Assembly: GCA_045592225.1 (NCBI GenBank)
Contig: JAZNUH010000041.1
Coordinates: 1-44,729 of the forward strand
DNA: 44,729 nucleotides
Direction of reading: 5' to 3'
From: Clostridia bacterium
GTDB taxonomy: Bacteria; Bacillota; Clostridia; UMGS1883; UMGS1540
Both the position numbers and the translations under genes were made by a program. Of the stretch, positions 8,738-17,072 are shown piece by piece. Position 1 is the stretch's first letter. The number at the start of each line of letters is the position of its first letter. Under the pieces are notes generated by a model that saw only the letters and a program-made list of their open reading frames with translations, did not search any database and was not told the DNA's origin.

Positions 8738-10372
8738 ATGCCTATTACAGATTTTTTGGAAAGAAACGCGAGATTTTATCCTAATGATGTGAGCCTTGTA
8801 GAGGTTAACCCCGAAAATCAGCCGGGTGAAAATGTTTCGTGGCACGAATACAGCCTTATTGAAGCATCAAAAGGCGGACAGTACAGACGTGAGCTTACCT
8901 GGAAGGAGTTTGACATTGCGGCAAACCGATTTGCCAACCTTCTTTTAACACGCGGAGTTAAAAAGGGCGACAAGGTGGCAATTCTTATGATGAACTGCAT
9001 TGACTGGTTACCCATTTATTTTGGTATACTCAAATCAGGTGCGCTTGCTGTTCCTATGAACTTTCGCTTTTCTGCTGAGGAGATAGAATATTGTTCAGAT
9101 CTTGCAGATATATCTGTATTGGTATTTGGTCCCGAATTTACAGGCAGAATTGAAAGTGTTTTACCAAAGCTTCGTATAAAACACTACTTCTTTGTTGGTG
9201 AAAATGCTCCGGACTTTGCTGACGACTACAGTGAGATGATAACATACTGTTCGTCAGTTGCTCCTGCCATAGAAATCAGTGACGAGGACGATGGTGCTAT
9301 CTACTTTTCGTCCGGTACAACCGGATTTCCCAAGGCCATACTTCACAGACACAGGGCACTTGTTGCATCATGTGAGGTTGAGCAGAAGCATCACTCACAA
9401 AGTCGTGATGATGTATTCCTTTGTATTCCTCCTCTCTACCATACAGGTGCAAAAATGCATTGGTTCGGCTCGCTTATCGCAGGCTCCAAGGCGGTTATCC
9501 TTCGCGGCATAAAGCCTGAGTGGATAATGCAGACCGTATCCGATGAAAAGGCAACAATTGTATGGCTGCTTGTTCCGTGGGCACAGGACATTCTTGATGC
9601 TATTGAACGCGGGGACATAAAGCTTTCGGATTACAGACTCTCACAGTGGCGACTTATGCATATAGGTGCACAGCCTGTACCTCCCTCACTTATCAAGAGA
9701 TGGAAAGAAATTTTCCCCAACCATGATTATGACACAAACTACGGTTTGAGTGAATCTATCGGACCTGGTGCGGTGCATCTGGGTGTTGAAAATATCCACA
9801 AGGTTGGAGCTATCGGTATTCCCGGTTACAAATGGGAAGTTAAGATTGTAAACGGTGAAGGCAACGAGGTTGAAAAGGGTGATGTAGGTGAGCTTTGCCT
9901 TAAGGGTGACGGCGTTATGAAGTGCTACTACAAAAACCCCGAGGCAACACGTGAAGTTCTGACACCAGACGGATGGCTTTATACAGGCGATGTTGCAAAG
10001 CAGGACGAGGACGGATTTATTTACCTTGTAGACCGTAAAAAGGATGTTATTATAACAGGCGGTGAAAACCTTTATCCTGTACAGATAGAAGACTTTTTAA
10101 GAGCAAATGAAAAGGTAAACGATGTAGGCGTAATCGGTCTGCCTGATGAAAGACTTGGCGAAATTGCCGCAGCTATTATTCAGCTTAAAGAAGGTGTGAG
10201 CGCAACAGAAGAGGAAATGCACGAATACTGCATGGCTCTGCCCCGCTACAAACGTCCCAAGAAAATTATTCTTGCCGACATTCCAAGAAATGCAACAGGT
10301 AAAATACAGAAAAACGCCCTTCGTGAGCGTTATGGTGCATCAAGACTTGTAGAGGCAGAAACAACAAAATAA
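8738..10372 (+). CDS. AMP-forming acyl-CoA synthetase/ligase (class I adenylate-forming enzyme), substrate unknown
   Basis: Core motifs YFSSGTTGFPKA, YGLSE, YTGD and GKIQK are present. Confidence 0.85.
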   Translation: MPITDFLERNARFYPNDVSLVEVNPENQPGENVSWHEYSLIEASKGGQYRRELTWKEFDIAANRFANLLLTRGVKKGDKVAILMMNCIDWLPIYFGILKSGALAVPMNFRFSAEEIEYCSDLADISVLVFGPEFTGRIESVLPKLRIKHYFFVGENAPDFADDYSEMITYCSSVAPAIEISDEDDGAIYFSSGTTGFPKAILHRHRALVASCEVEQKHHSQSRDDVFLCIPPLYHTGAKMHWFGSLIAGSKAVILRGIKPEWIMQTVSDEKATIVWLLVPWAQDILDAIERGDIKLSDYRLSQWRLMHIGAQPVPPSLIKRWKEIFPNHDYDTNYGLSESIGPGAVHLGVENIHKVGAIGIPGYKWEVKIVNGEGNEVEKGDVGELCLKGDGVMKCYYKNPEATREVLTPDGWLYTGDVAKQDEDGFIYLVDRKKDVIITGGENLYPVQIEDFLRANEKVNDVGVIGLPDERLGEIAAAIIQLKEGVSATEEEMHEYCMALPRYKRPKKIILADIPRNATGKIQKNALRERYGASRLVEAETTK

Positions 10373-10380
10373 ATATAAAT

Positions 10381-10403
10381 GGGCTGTAAAGGTTTTACAG
10401 CCC
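10381..10403 (+). terminator. hairpin after the ligase gene (weak terminator)
   Basis: Perfect 10-bp stem GGGCTGTAAA/TTTACAGCCC, but no T tract follows. Confidence 0.35.
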
Positions 10404-10439
10404 ATAATTAATTCAGCAGTACATAAAAGGGGATTCATC

Positions 10440-11303
10440 ATGAAAAAAGGGATTTTATATGCCGCTATAACGGCGGCGTTATTTGTTACGCTTGAGCCGG
10501 TATGCAAGCTTATTGCAGACAGAGTTAACCCTTATACAATAACCTTCTGGCGATTCTTTTTAGGGGCGTTTATGCTTGTTCCGCCGGCACTTATAAAAAT
10601 GAAGAAAGAAAAAATACGCATTACGGCAAAGGAACTGGGGCTTATGACCGCCCTTGGTATATTGTTTGTATGTGTAAGTATGATACTCATACAGATTGCA
10701 ATAAAGGAGGGGGAGGCACCCTCGCTTATTGCTATAACCTTTTCGTCAAACTCAATTTTTACAATTATGTTTGCGGTATTGCTCATCAAGGATGAAAGGC
10801 TTACAAAAAATAAAATTATTGCCCTTATAGTCGGAGTAATCGGTGTGCTTGCCTGTGCCGATTTCGGAGAAAAAACCAACCTGAGACCTATTATTTTTGC
10901 TGTACTTTCGGCAATTTCGTTCAGTCTGTACACGGTGCTGAGCAGAAAATATATGGGCAGAGTGGGCGGAATTATCCAGTCGGCAGGAGCTTTTCTTTCC
11001 GGCAGTATAATTCTCCTGATTATTTTGCTGATAAGCGGAGAAAGTGTGGCTTTGCCGCTTGTGGGAAATGACCTTATGATTCTTTTGTTTATTGCGCTTG
11101 TAACAGGTGTAGGTTATGCCTGCTACTTTATGGCGATGGACAGGGGCGGTGCTATGATGGCATCTCTTGCTTTTTTTATAAAGCCGGTGCTTACACCCTT
11201 TGTAACATTGGTTATAAACGGAATTGCTCCGGATATTAAGGTGTTCTTCGCAGTAGCGTGTATAGTGGCGGCATCATATTTTGCAGTGTATAGGAAGGCA
11301 TAA
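10440..11303 (+). CDS. EamA/DMT-family transporter
   Basis: 287 aa, about 10 TM helices, arranged as two EamA-like halves. Confidence 0.8.
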   Translation: MKKGILYAAITAALFVTLEPVCKLIADRVNPYTITFWRFFLGAFMLVPPALIKMKKEKIRITAKELGLMTALGILFVCVSMILIQIAIKEGEAPSLIAITFSSNSIFTIMFAVLLIKDERLTKNKIIALIVGVIGVLACADFGEKTNLRPIIFAVLSAISFSLYTVLSRKYMGRVGGIIQSAGAFLSGSIILLIILLISGESVALPLVGNDLMILLFIALVTGVGYACYFMAMDRGGAMMASLAFFIKPVLTPFVTLVINGIAPDIKVFFAVACIVAASYFAVYRKA

Positions 11304-11332
11304 AAAAAGACATTCATATGAATGTCTTTTTC
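11303..11332. terminator. bidirectional terminator between convergent genes
   Basis: AAAAAAAGACATTCATATGAATGTCTTTTTC: a perfect palindromic stem flanked by an A tract and a T tract. Confidence 0.75.
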
Positions 11333-11748
11333 TATGCCTTTTTAATCATTTTTGCTTTGCAAACCTTACAGGTGATTTCAATTTTGCCGACTCCTTTTGG
11401 TACACGAAGCAATGCATGACATTTATTACATTTAAAATAGCGGTGAGTTTTACGTTCCTTCCACATTTTTTTGCGGAAAGAAAAGGTATTAATAAGCTTT
11501 GACTTGACTTTTCGGTATGTGTTAAGCTCGGATGTGCGCGAATAAATGTTTTTGGAAAACATACGCACATAGCAAAGCACCAGCAGAATAAGTGCAAGTA
11601 TATACAAGGGGTAAAATCCAAATACTGCCGAAACAAAAAAGAGTATCAGTGACAGAATGGACATAGCTCTTGAAAGCTCGTCATTCCCGTACCTGCCCTG
11701 CATAAAAACAGCAAGACGGTATTTTAAACTGTAAAAGAATTTTTGCAT
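11332..11748 (-). CDS. membrane protein with C-terminal zinc ribbon (138 aa)
   Basis: Two hydrophobic helices, then CNKC...x17...CKVC. The ATG abuts the TAA stop of the upstream alarmone-synthetase gene (TAAATG). Confidence 0.6.
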   Translation of the reverse strand: MQKFFYSLKYRLAVFMQGRYGNDELSRAMSILSLILFFVSAVFGFYPLYILALILLVLCYVRMFSKNIYSRTSELNTYRKVKSKLINTFSFRKKMWKERKTHRYFKCNKCHALLRVPKGVGKIEITCKVCKAKMIKKA

Positions 11749-12393
11749 TTATTTACCTCCGTCAGCATTGTCAATCTTTTTGCGCAAAGCCTCCATACGC
11801 AGGTCGAGCTGTGCGCTTATCTGTGCGCACTCAAAAAGCTCTGTCGCCATTTCCTTTGTAATTTCAACCTCTTTTTTGTACCTGAGCTGATGCTCGAGCG
11901 ATGCCCAGAAATCCATAGCGATGGTGCGAAGCTGAATTTCCACCTTCATATGCCTTTTTTCGTGGAGAAGGAAAATGGGTATGGAAACTATTATATGCAG
12001 GCTTCTGTATCCGTTGGGCTTTGGATTTTGTATGTAATCCTTTTTTTCAATAAGTGTAATATCATCCTGCGAAAGTAGTGCCTGCGCAAGGGCATATACA
12101 TCGGCAGGGGAGTTACACACAACTCTTATACCGGCAACATCATTTATGTTTTCTTCTATTGCATCCAGTGTAAAGGGCAGATTTTTGCGTAAAAGCTTTT
12201 CCTTTATACTGTCGGGAGATTTAAGCCTGGTTTTTATTGCGCTTATGGGGTTGCGGTCATGCTCTAAAGAATACTCCACATTGAGCACGTTAAACTTGGT
12301 TTCAATCTCCATCATGGCGCATTTGTAGTAGCTCATAAGGTCAACGTATGACTTTGTTATTTCGTATGTGTACTTTTTATCGTCTATATTCAT
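11749..12393 (-). CDS. small alarmone synthetase, RelP/RelQ (YjbM/YwaC) type GTP pyrophosphokinase
   Basis: RelA/SpoT synthetase-domain motifs DVAGIRVVC, NGYRSLHIIV and EIQLRTIAMDFWASLEH. At 214 aa it has no hydrolase or regulatory domains. Confidence 0.85.
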   Translation of the reverse strand: MNIDDKKYTYEITKSYVDLMSYYKCAMMEIETKFNVLNVEYSLEHDRNPISAIKTRLKSPDSIKEKLLRKNLPFTLDAIEENINDVAGIRVVCNSPADVYALAQALLSQDDITLIEKKDYIQNPKPNGYRSLHIIVSIPIFLLHEKRHMKVEIQLRTIAMDFWASLEHQLRYKKEVEITKEMATELFECAQISAQLDLRMEALRKKIDNADGGK

Positions 12394-12408
12394 TAAAGCC
12401 TCCTGATA

Positions 12409-13098
12409 TCAGCAGCATCTGCAAAAGGGACAACAAAACTGTGCAAGACAAAGTCCCATACATATTTTATCAAGACCTGATGAATTCATATTAAATCCAT
12501 GGGCATTTTGCGTATATGTCTGCCCTGAGCGGTATATCTGCTGATAAAGCATTCTGTATGCCCTGTTATCCGGCTCCATTTGTATGGCGCGGGTAATATG
12601 CTCGGTGGCGGTAACTGTATTTCCAAGACCGTGATGGGCAAGGGCAGAAAGATAATACCAACGACCGTTACGGTTTTGTGCAGGTACAGAGTTGAGTATG
12701 CTTGCGGCATCGCTGTATTTACCTGCGTTTATAGCATATATTGCCTGCTTTACCGCGTCACTGTCATTCGGATTAGCCTGTGGACGGTGTGCGCCACCAA
12801 AGCCAAAGCCGAAAAGGTCTTCAAAGTCGACAGTGGTGTAATAATAACCGTTGCCTGCATACCCTCCGTAGCCACCTGTCTGACCGTTGTACTGACCGCT
12901 TTGGCGGGTAGTATATTTTTCAGGGTTCATAAGCATATCGTATGCTTCGTTTACCTCGTTCATTTTTTTTGCTGCCTCGGGGTCATCGGGGTGCAGGTCG
13001 GGATGGTATTTTTTAGCGCATTGTCTGTATGCTTTTTTTATTTCGTCCTTTGTTGCACCTTTCTGTATACCAAGGACTTCATACGGATTGCTTATCAT
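12409..13098 (-). CDS. J-domain protein with Gly/Tyr-rich linker, TPR-like region and Cys-rich C-terminal tail
   Basis: N-terminal J domain NPYEVLGI...YHPDLHPDD (HPD motif). The C-terminus ends in [13 protein letters not shown]. The start overlaps the upstream gene by 4 nt (ATGA). Confidence 0.8.
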   Translation of the reverse strand: MISNPYEVLGIQKGATKDEIKKAYRQCAKKYHPDLHPDDPEAAKKMNEVNEAYDMLMNPEKYTTRQSGQYNGQTGGYGGYAGNGYYYTTVDFEDLFGFGFGGAHRPQANPNDSDAVKQAIYAINAGKYSDAASILNSVPAQNRNGRWYYLSALAHHGLGNTVTATEHITRAIQMEPDNRAYRMLYQQIYRSGQTYTQNAHGFNMNSSGLDKICMGLCLAQFCCPFCRCC

Positions 13099-13910
13099 CC
13101 GATAGCTCCTTTCGTGTGTGCATTGTATTTAAGCCAAAGACCTGAATACAAAATGTTCTTAAGTATGTCCTCATCGCGGACAAGGGGCAGTATTTCAAAG
13201 CTTTTTGACACTTCACCCAAAATACCTGTGAGATGGGGACGGATGTTTTGCGGAGTCTGGTTCATAAGTAGAAGGGGGTTATATCCTCCGCTTTTTTTGT
13301 CCTTATCAAAATCACAGGCGGCATCGGCAAGATAAATAAATTTGCCAAGACCATAGCCTATGGCTTTAAGGTAGCCTGTCCAGTTGTCTGAATACGGAGC
13401 AAAAATCTCGCTCATAAACCTGCCGCAGCAGTTTGCAGCTGTGTCTGGATTTGCTTCGCCCTCGCGCTCAAGCTTTGTCAAAAGCTGAAGACTTTGCTCA
13501 ATGGCGGTGCACTGTGCAGGCCATTTTCCCTTCACCTTTGTGTAATGGCGGTGAAGAGTGGCGGCATAGAGGCGCTTTGCAAGATTTTTATCGTCATTCC
13601 AGTCATCAATACATTTAAAGTAGGTAAGTGCTACCGTCATATCGGCAGCATATTCGGTAAATATATCAACCGAGTATTGATGCTTTGACATAGGGTGTGG
13701 GGCACAACGCCCTGTACCTTGTTCCTGCTCGGGCTCATATAAAGAGGATAAAAGTAAAATCAAAAATGTAAAATCATAAGATAATGCAAGGCGGCTGCTT
13801 AAACCGTATTTTTGACCGAGGGTACGGCAAAGACCGCAGTAAACAGAACGATAACGTGTTTTGTCCGCATCGGAGAGTGCCTGTACATTTACCTGAATGT
13901 GTCCGAACAT
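13095..13910 (-). CDS. hypothetical protein, DUF5685-like (assignment from memory)
   Basis: ATG at 13910 is preceded by GGAGAA, so I prefer it over the track start at 14021. The N-terminus MFGHIQ...[13 protein letters not shown] resembles the clostridial family usually found next to a J-protein. Confidence 0.55.
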   Translation of the reverse strand: MFGHIQVNVQALSDADKTRYRSVYCGLCRTLGQKYGLSSRLALSYDFTFLILLLSSLYEPEQEQGTGRCAPHPMSKHQYSVDIFTEYAADMTVALTYFKCIDDWNDDKNLAKRLYAATLHRHYTKVKGKWPAQCTAIEQSLQLLTKLEREGEANPDTAANCCGRFMSEIFAPYSDNWTGYLKAIGYGLGKFIYLADAACDFDKDKKSGGYNPLLLMNQTPQNIRPHLTGILGEVSKSFEILPLVRDEDILKNILYSGLWLKYNAHTKGAIG

Positions 13911-14040
13911 AGTTGTTCTCCTTTTGGTATGAAGATAACAATTGCAACCTGAAGTTAAAACAGACTTATAATATTCTCTTCCGTAGGGATTATAGCATGT
14001 TCTATTTAAAATGTAAATCACTTTATTGTAAGAATTAACA

Positions 14041-14073
14041 TTTTATTCACAAAGCCCCGTATTACACGGGGCT
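14041..14073 (-). terminator. intrinsic terminator overlapping the dpaB stop codon
   Basis: On the minus strand: AGCCCCG-UGUAAUA-CGGGGCU followed by UUGUGAAUAAAAU. Confidence 0.6.
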
Positions 14074-14646
14074 TAAAAGAGGCTGTATTTGTCTGCCCAT
14101 CAGCGCTGACTGTGCGGCAGGCATAATTTTTTCCATATCTGCTACAAGAGATGTGGGTTTTTTGTAGGCATCATCCTGACTAAAGGGCACAAAGAATATG
14201 TTTTTGGTATTTAAAAGTGCACCTATGTTTTTTGAGTTTGCTCCAAGACCGTCATTTGTTGAAACGGCAATAAGAACAGGCCGTCCGTTTCGCATATGTG
14301 ATTTTGCGGCAAGGGCAACAGGCGAATCGGTTATTCCGTTTGCCACTTTGCTTATAGTATTGCCCGTGCAGGGGGCAATTATTAAAAGGTCAAGTAATTT
14401 CTTCGGACCTATGGGCTCAACCTCGGGAATTGTATGCCATATTCTTTTTTGTGTTATGTTTTCAACCTCGGCAATAAAATCCTCGGCTTTGCCGAAACGT
14501 GTATCGGTGGAATAGGCAATATTGCTCATAATGGGGTATATGTCTGCTCCGTTTTCACGCAGGTTTTTTATTTCGGGAATAACTTTTGCAAAGGTACAAA
14601 ATGAACCTGTAATTGCAAACCCGATTTTTGTACTTGTAAAATCCAT
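14062..14646 (-). CDS. spoVFB: dipicolinate synthase subunit B
   Basis: FAITGSFCTF, APCTGNTISKVANGITDSPV and FFVPFSQDD are collinear with B. subtilis SpoVFB. The start is ATG 14646, 4 nt after the spoVFA stop. Confidence 0.85.
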   Translation of the reverse strand: MDFTSTKIGFAITGSFCTFAKVIPEIKNLRENGADIYPIMSNIAYSTDTRFGKAEDFIAEVENITQKRIWHTIPEVEPIGPKKLLDLLIIAPCTGNTISKVANGITDSPVALAAKSHMRNGRPVLIAVSTNDGLGANSKNIGALLNTKNIFFVPFSQDDAYKKPTSLVADMEKIMPAAQSALMGRQIQPLLSPV

Positions 14647-14650
14647 AAAA

Positions 14651-15550
14651 TCAGTCCTTTCTGTCCCCCTCCGGACAGAAACCAAGCTCGTCAGCGGCAT
14701 AAAGCACCGAATCACACACAATTTTACCCGCAGAAACAGGCGCAACCTTGCCCGGCAAAGAAAGTGCGGAAACCACCTTTACAGAATGGTTGTGTGCGTA
14801 TTCAAAATCCACTCCGCCGGGAGCAGATGCAAGGTCTAAAACAAATACGTCGGGCTTTACCTTTGATAAAACGGCTGAGTCTATTACCGGATGGGGAATA
14901 GTGTTTATAATAACATCATACATACCTGCTGTATCGGGAATTGACGAGGTATGTACCGGAGTAAAGCCGTTTGCCTGTATCCATGCAAAATGCTCGGCGC
15001 GTCTCGCCGAAACGGTAACCCGTGCGCCCAACCCCTGCAGAATTTTTGCAAGGTATTTACCAATTCTGCCATAGCCTGCAATAAGAATATTACTGCCAAA
15101 AACAGTTATGGGCAGCTCCTGCATTATTATCTGCACAGCACCTTCGGCGGTAGGAATTGCATTTGAAACAGCAAGCTCTTCACGCCGCAGGTAATCAATG
15201 CACGATATTCCCCTGCGCTCAAAAGCAAGACGGTGCTCACCGCTTATTTTACCTGCCATAAGGGTGTGGCGGACACACATTTTTGATGCAAGGGCATCTA
15301 CATAAATTTTTTGCCCGGGAATATCTGTGGCAACAGTTTCGCCGTCTTGTGACATGGGCAACCCAAGTACAACAATGTCTGCAGAAGAAAGACCTTCTTC
15401 AAGGCTTACATCACCCAAAATAAGCACCCGCTCGCCACGCCTTTTCATTTCCTCTGCCATAACTCTGCTGCGTGCATCAGAGCATATAACAAAAAAAGTT
15501 CGCTTAATAAAAATCACCTCCACGTAAATATAATATGTGGAGGTGAGCAA
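14651..15550 (-). CDS. spoVFA: dipicolinate synthase subunit A (start codon uncertain)
   Basis: VICSDARSR and ILIAGYGRIGKYLA (NAD-binding fold) are collinear with SpoVFA. There is no in-frame ATG near the N-terminus. Candidate starts are TTG 15550, GTG 15517 and ATT 15508, and the ATT lies 6-8 nt after GGAGGTG. Confidence 0.8.
   Translation of the reverse strand: MLTSTYYIYVEVIFIKRTFFVICSDARSRVMAEEMKRRGERVLILGDVSLEEGLSSADIVVLGLPMSQDGETVATDIPGQKIYVDALASKMCVRHTLMAGKISGEHRLAFERRGISCIDYLRREELAVSNAIPTAEGAVQIIMQELPITVFGSNILIAGYGRIGKYLAKILQGLGARVTVSARRAEHFAWIQANGFTPVHTSSIPDTAGMYDVIINTIPHPVIDSAVLSKVKPDVFVLDLASAPGGVDFEYAHNHSVKVVSALSLPGKVAPVSAGKIVCDSVLYAADELGFCPEGDRKD
15514..15546 (-). promoter_or_regulatory. 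perfect 10-bp inverted repeat pairing the spoVFA Shine-Dalgarno with an anti-SD
   Basis: TCACCTCCAC, 13-nt spacer, GTGGAGGTGA. On the minus strand the 3' arm contains GGAGGUGA and is followed by UUUUUAUU. Confidence 0.5.
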
Positions 15551-15701
15551 TATGGTGCGGTGGGAATGCTTTTTATATGGGCTATTGACAAAATATATAC
15601 CGGATGATAAACTGAACTTAATAAATTACAGGAGAAATTTCCTGCTACAAAGGGACAGTTCTATTGTGTCATTGTCACCTATCAGGGGAAGGAGAAACGA
15701 A

Positions 15702-15872
15702 ATGAAACAAAAACTATTATTACTTTTATCAGCTCTTTTGGTCACTTTGGGCTTTTTTATGAATTGTTTTCAATATGAATATTTCGGTATTGTTGGGAAA
15801 GTGGCAACCGTAATTATGGGGATTGGTGCTATAACTATATGGGCTTGTTGTATACTACAATGGCGTAAGTAA
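15702..15872 (+). CDS. small membrane protein (56 aa)
   Basis: ATG 15702 is preceded by GGAAGGAGAAA. The product has two hydrophobic helices. The track start at 15537 has no RBS. Confidence 0.4.
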   Translation: MKQKLLLLLSALLVTLGFFMNCFQYEYFGIVGKVATVIMGIGAITIWACCILQWRK

Positions 15873-15958
15873 CAAGAGCCTTTGATACACATGGAAAGAC
15901 ATACGTTAAAGTGTGGAACAGCTGCAGATGGTAAAAGAGGCAAAAAGGGGGACTATGC

Positions 15959-16270
15959 ATGAGTAAGAAAATAATAGCTTTGGTGCTAATTATTATCTTT
16001 GGGGTGATGCTTATATCGGCGTGCAGTGGTGATGGTGTAACCCAAGTTAAAGAAATACCCGATGGATTTGTTCGTTTGCCCGATGGAGGAGAATGTGAAA
16101 AGCTGAGTTGGATGGGATGGGAAACCCAGATTGTATTTATGGATAAAGAGGAAAATTGCATTTATCAGACAGGGTTTAATAACAGTGAGTTTATTGTTTG
16201 GTACAAGGATGCATATTATGTCAACGAGGAAAAGTTCAATGAACTGTTGGATATGGCAGAACAGAGGTAA
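15959..16270 (+). CDS. small lipoprotein (103 aa)
   Basis: Signal peptide with lipobox MLISAC. RBS GGGGGA lies upstream. Confidence 0.55.
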   Translation: MSKKIIALVLIIIFGVMLISACSGDGVTQVKEIPDGFVRLPDGGECEKLSWMGWETQIVFMDKEENCIYQTGFNNSEFIVWYKDAYYVNEEKFNELLDMAEQR

Positions 16271-16274
16271 AGCG

Positions 16275-16311
16275 AAAAAATGGAGTGTAACTGGTGTTAC
16301 ACTCCATTTTT
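16275..16311. terminator. bidirectional terminator
   Basis: AAAAAATGGAGTGTAAC-TGGT-GTTACACTCCATTTTT: an 11-bp stem flanked by an A tract and a T tract, between convergent genes. Confidence 0.8.
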
Positions 16312-16315
16312 AATA

Positions 16316-17071
16316 TTAAATATTAAATAATCTCTTTGTATTATCGAGGGTTATACGTGCCAGCTCTTCTACCGTCATACCCTTTATTTCAGCAATTTTT
16401 TCTGCGGTGGCGTGGATATACAGCGAACTGTTACGCTTACCGCGGTAGGGCACAGGGGCGAGATAGGGGCAGTCGGTTTCGATAAGCAGCTTATCAATGG
16501 GCACAAAGGCTGCAACCTCTACGGTTTTTACCGCATTTTTATAGGTTACAGGGCCGCCTAAAGAAATATACATTCCCATATCCAGCACTGTTTTTGCCGT
16601 TTCAACACTGCCTGAGAAACAATGCACCACACCCTTTGGGGTAAACTCTTTGAGAATTGAAAGAGTATCCTCTGTTGCCTCGCGGCTATGGATTATTACA
16701 GGCATATCCAATTCTTTTGCAAGGCAAAGCTGTTTTTTAAAAACTTCTTTTTGTGCTTCACGGGGCGAATTATCATAGTGATAGTCAAGACCTATTTCGC
16801 CAATGGCAACAGCCTTGGGATGGGCGGACATGACTTTAAGCTCATCTAAATCGCTATCGGTAAAGTTTTTTGCATCGTGAGGGTGAACGCCTACAGCCGC
16901 ATACGCAAAGGGGTATTTTTCCGCAATTTCAATAGAGTGGCGGCTTGAGGGCATATCGGCACCTATATTAATTATGTTTGACACATTGTTTTGCAAAAGG
17001 GAGGACAAAAGCTGGTCCCTGTCTGCATCAAATGCTTCATCATCGTAGTGCGCGTGTGAATCAAAAAACAT
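16316..17071 (-). CDS. tatD: TatD-family metal-dependent hydrolase/DNase
   Basis: MFFDSHAHYD start motif, plus IGEIGLDYHY and IETDCPYLAP. The ATG lies 1 nt after the metG stop. Confidence 0.85.
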   Translation of the reverse strand: MFFDSHAHYDDEAFDADRDQLLSSLLQNNVSNIINIGADMPSSRHSIEIAEKYPFAYAAVGVHPHDAKNFTDSDLDELKVMSAHPKAVAIGEIGLDYHYDNSPREAQKEVFKKQLCLAKELDMPVIIHSREATEDTLSILKEFTPKGVVHCFSGSVETAKTVLDMGMYISLGGPVTYKNAVKTVEVAAFVPIDKLLIETDCPYLAPVPYRGKRNSSLYIHATAEKIAEIKGMTVEELARITLDNTKRLFNI

Positions 17072-17072
17072 A

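Noticed and set aside
11749-12393. The alarmone synthetase as a toxSAS toxin, with the overlapping zinc-ribbon gene as its antitoxin.
   Set aside because: The sequence is collinear with the housekeeping RelP/RelQ enzymes (YjbM-like motifs throughout). The neighbours do not resemble known toxSAS antitoxins. I kept it only as a low-probability alternative.
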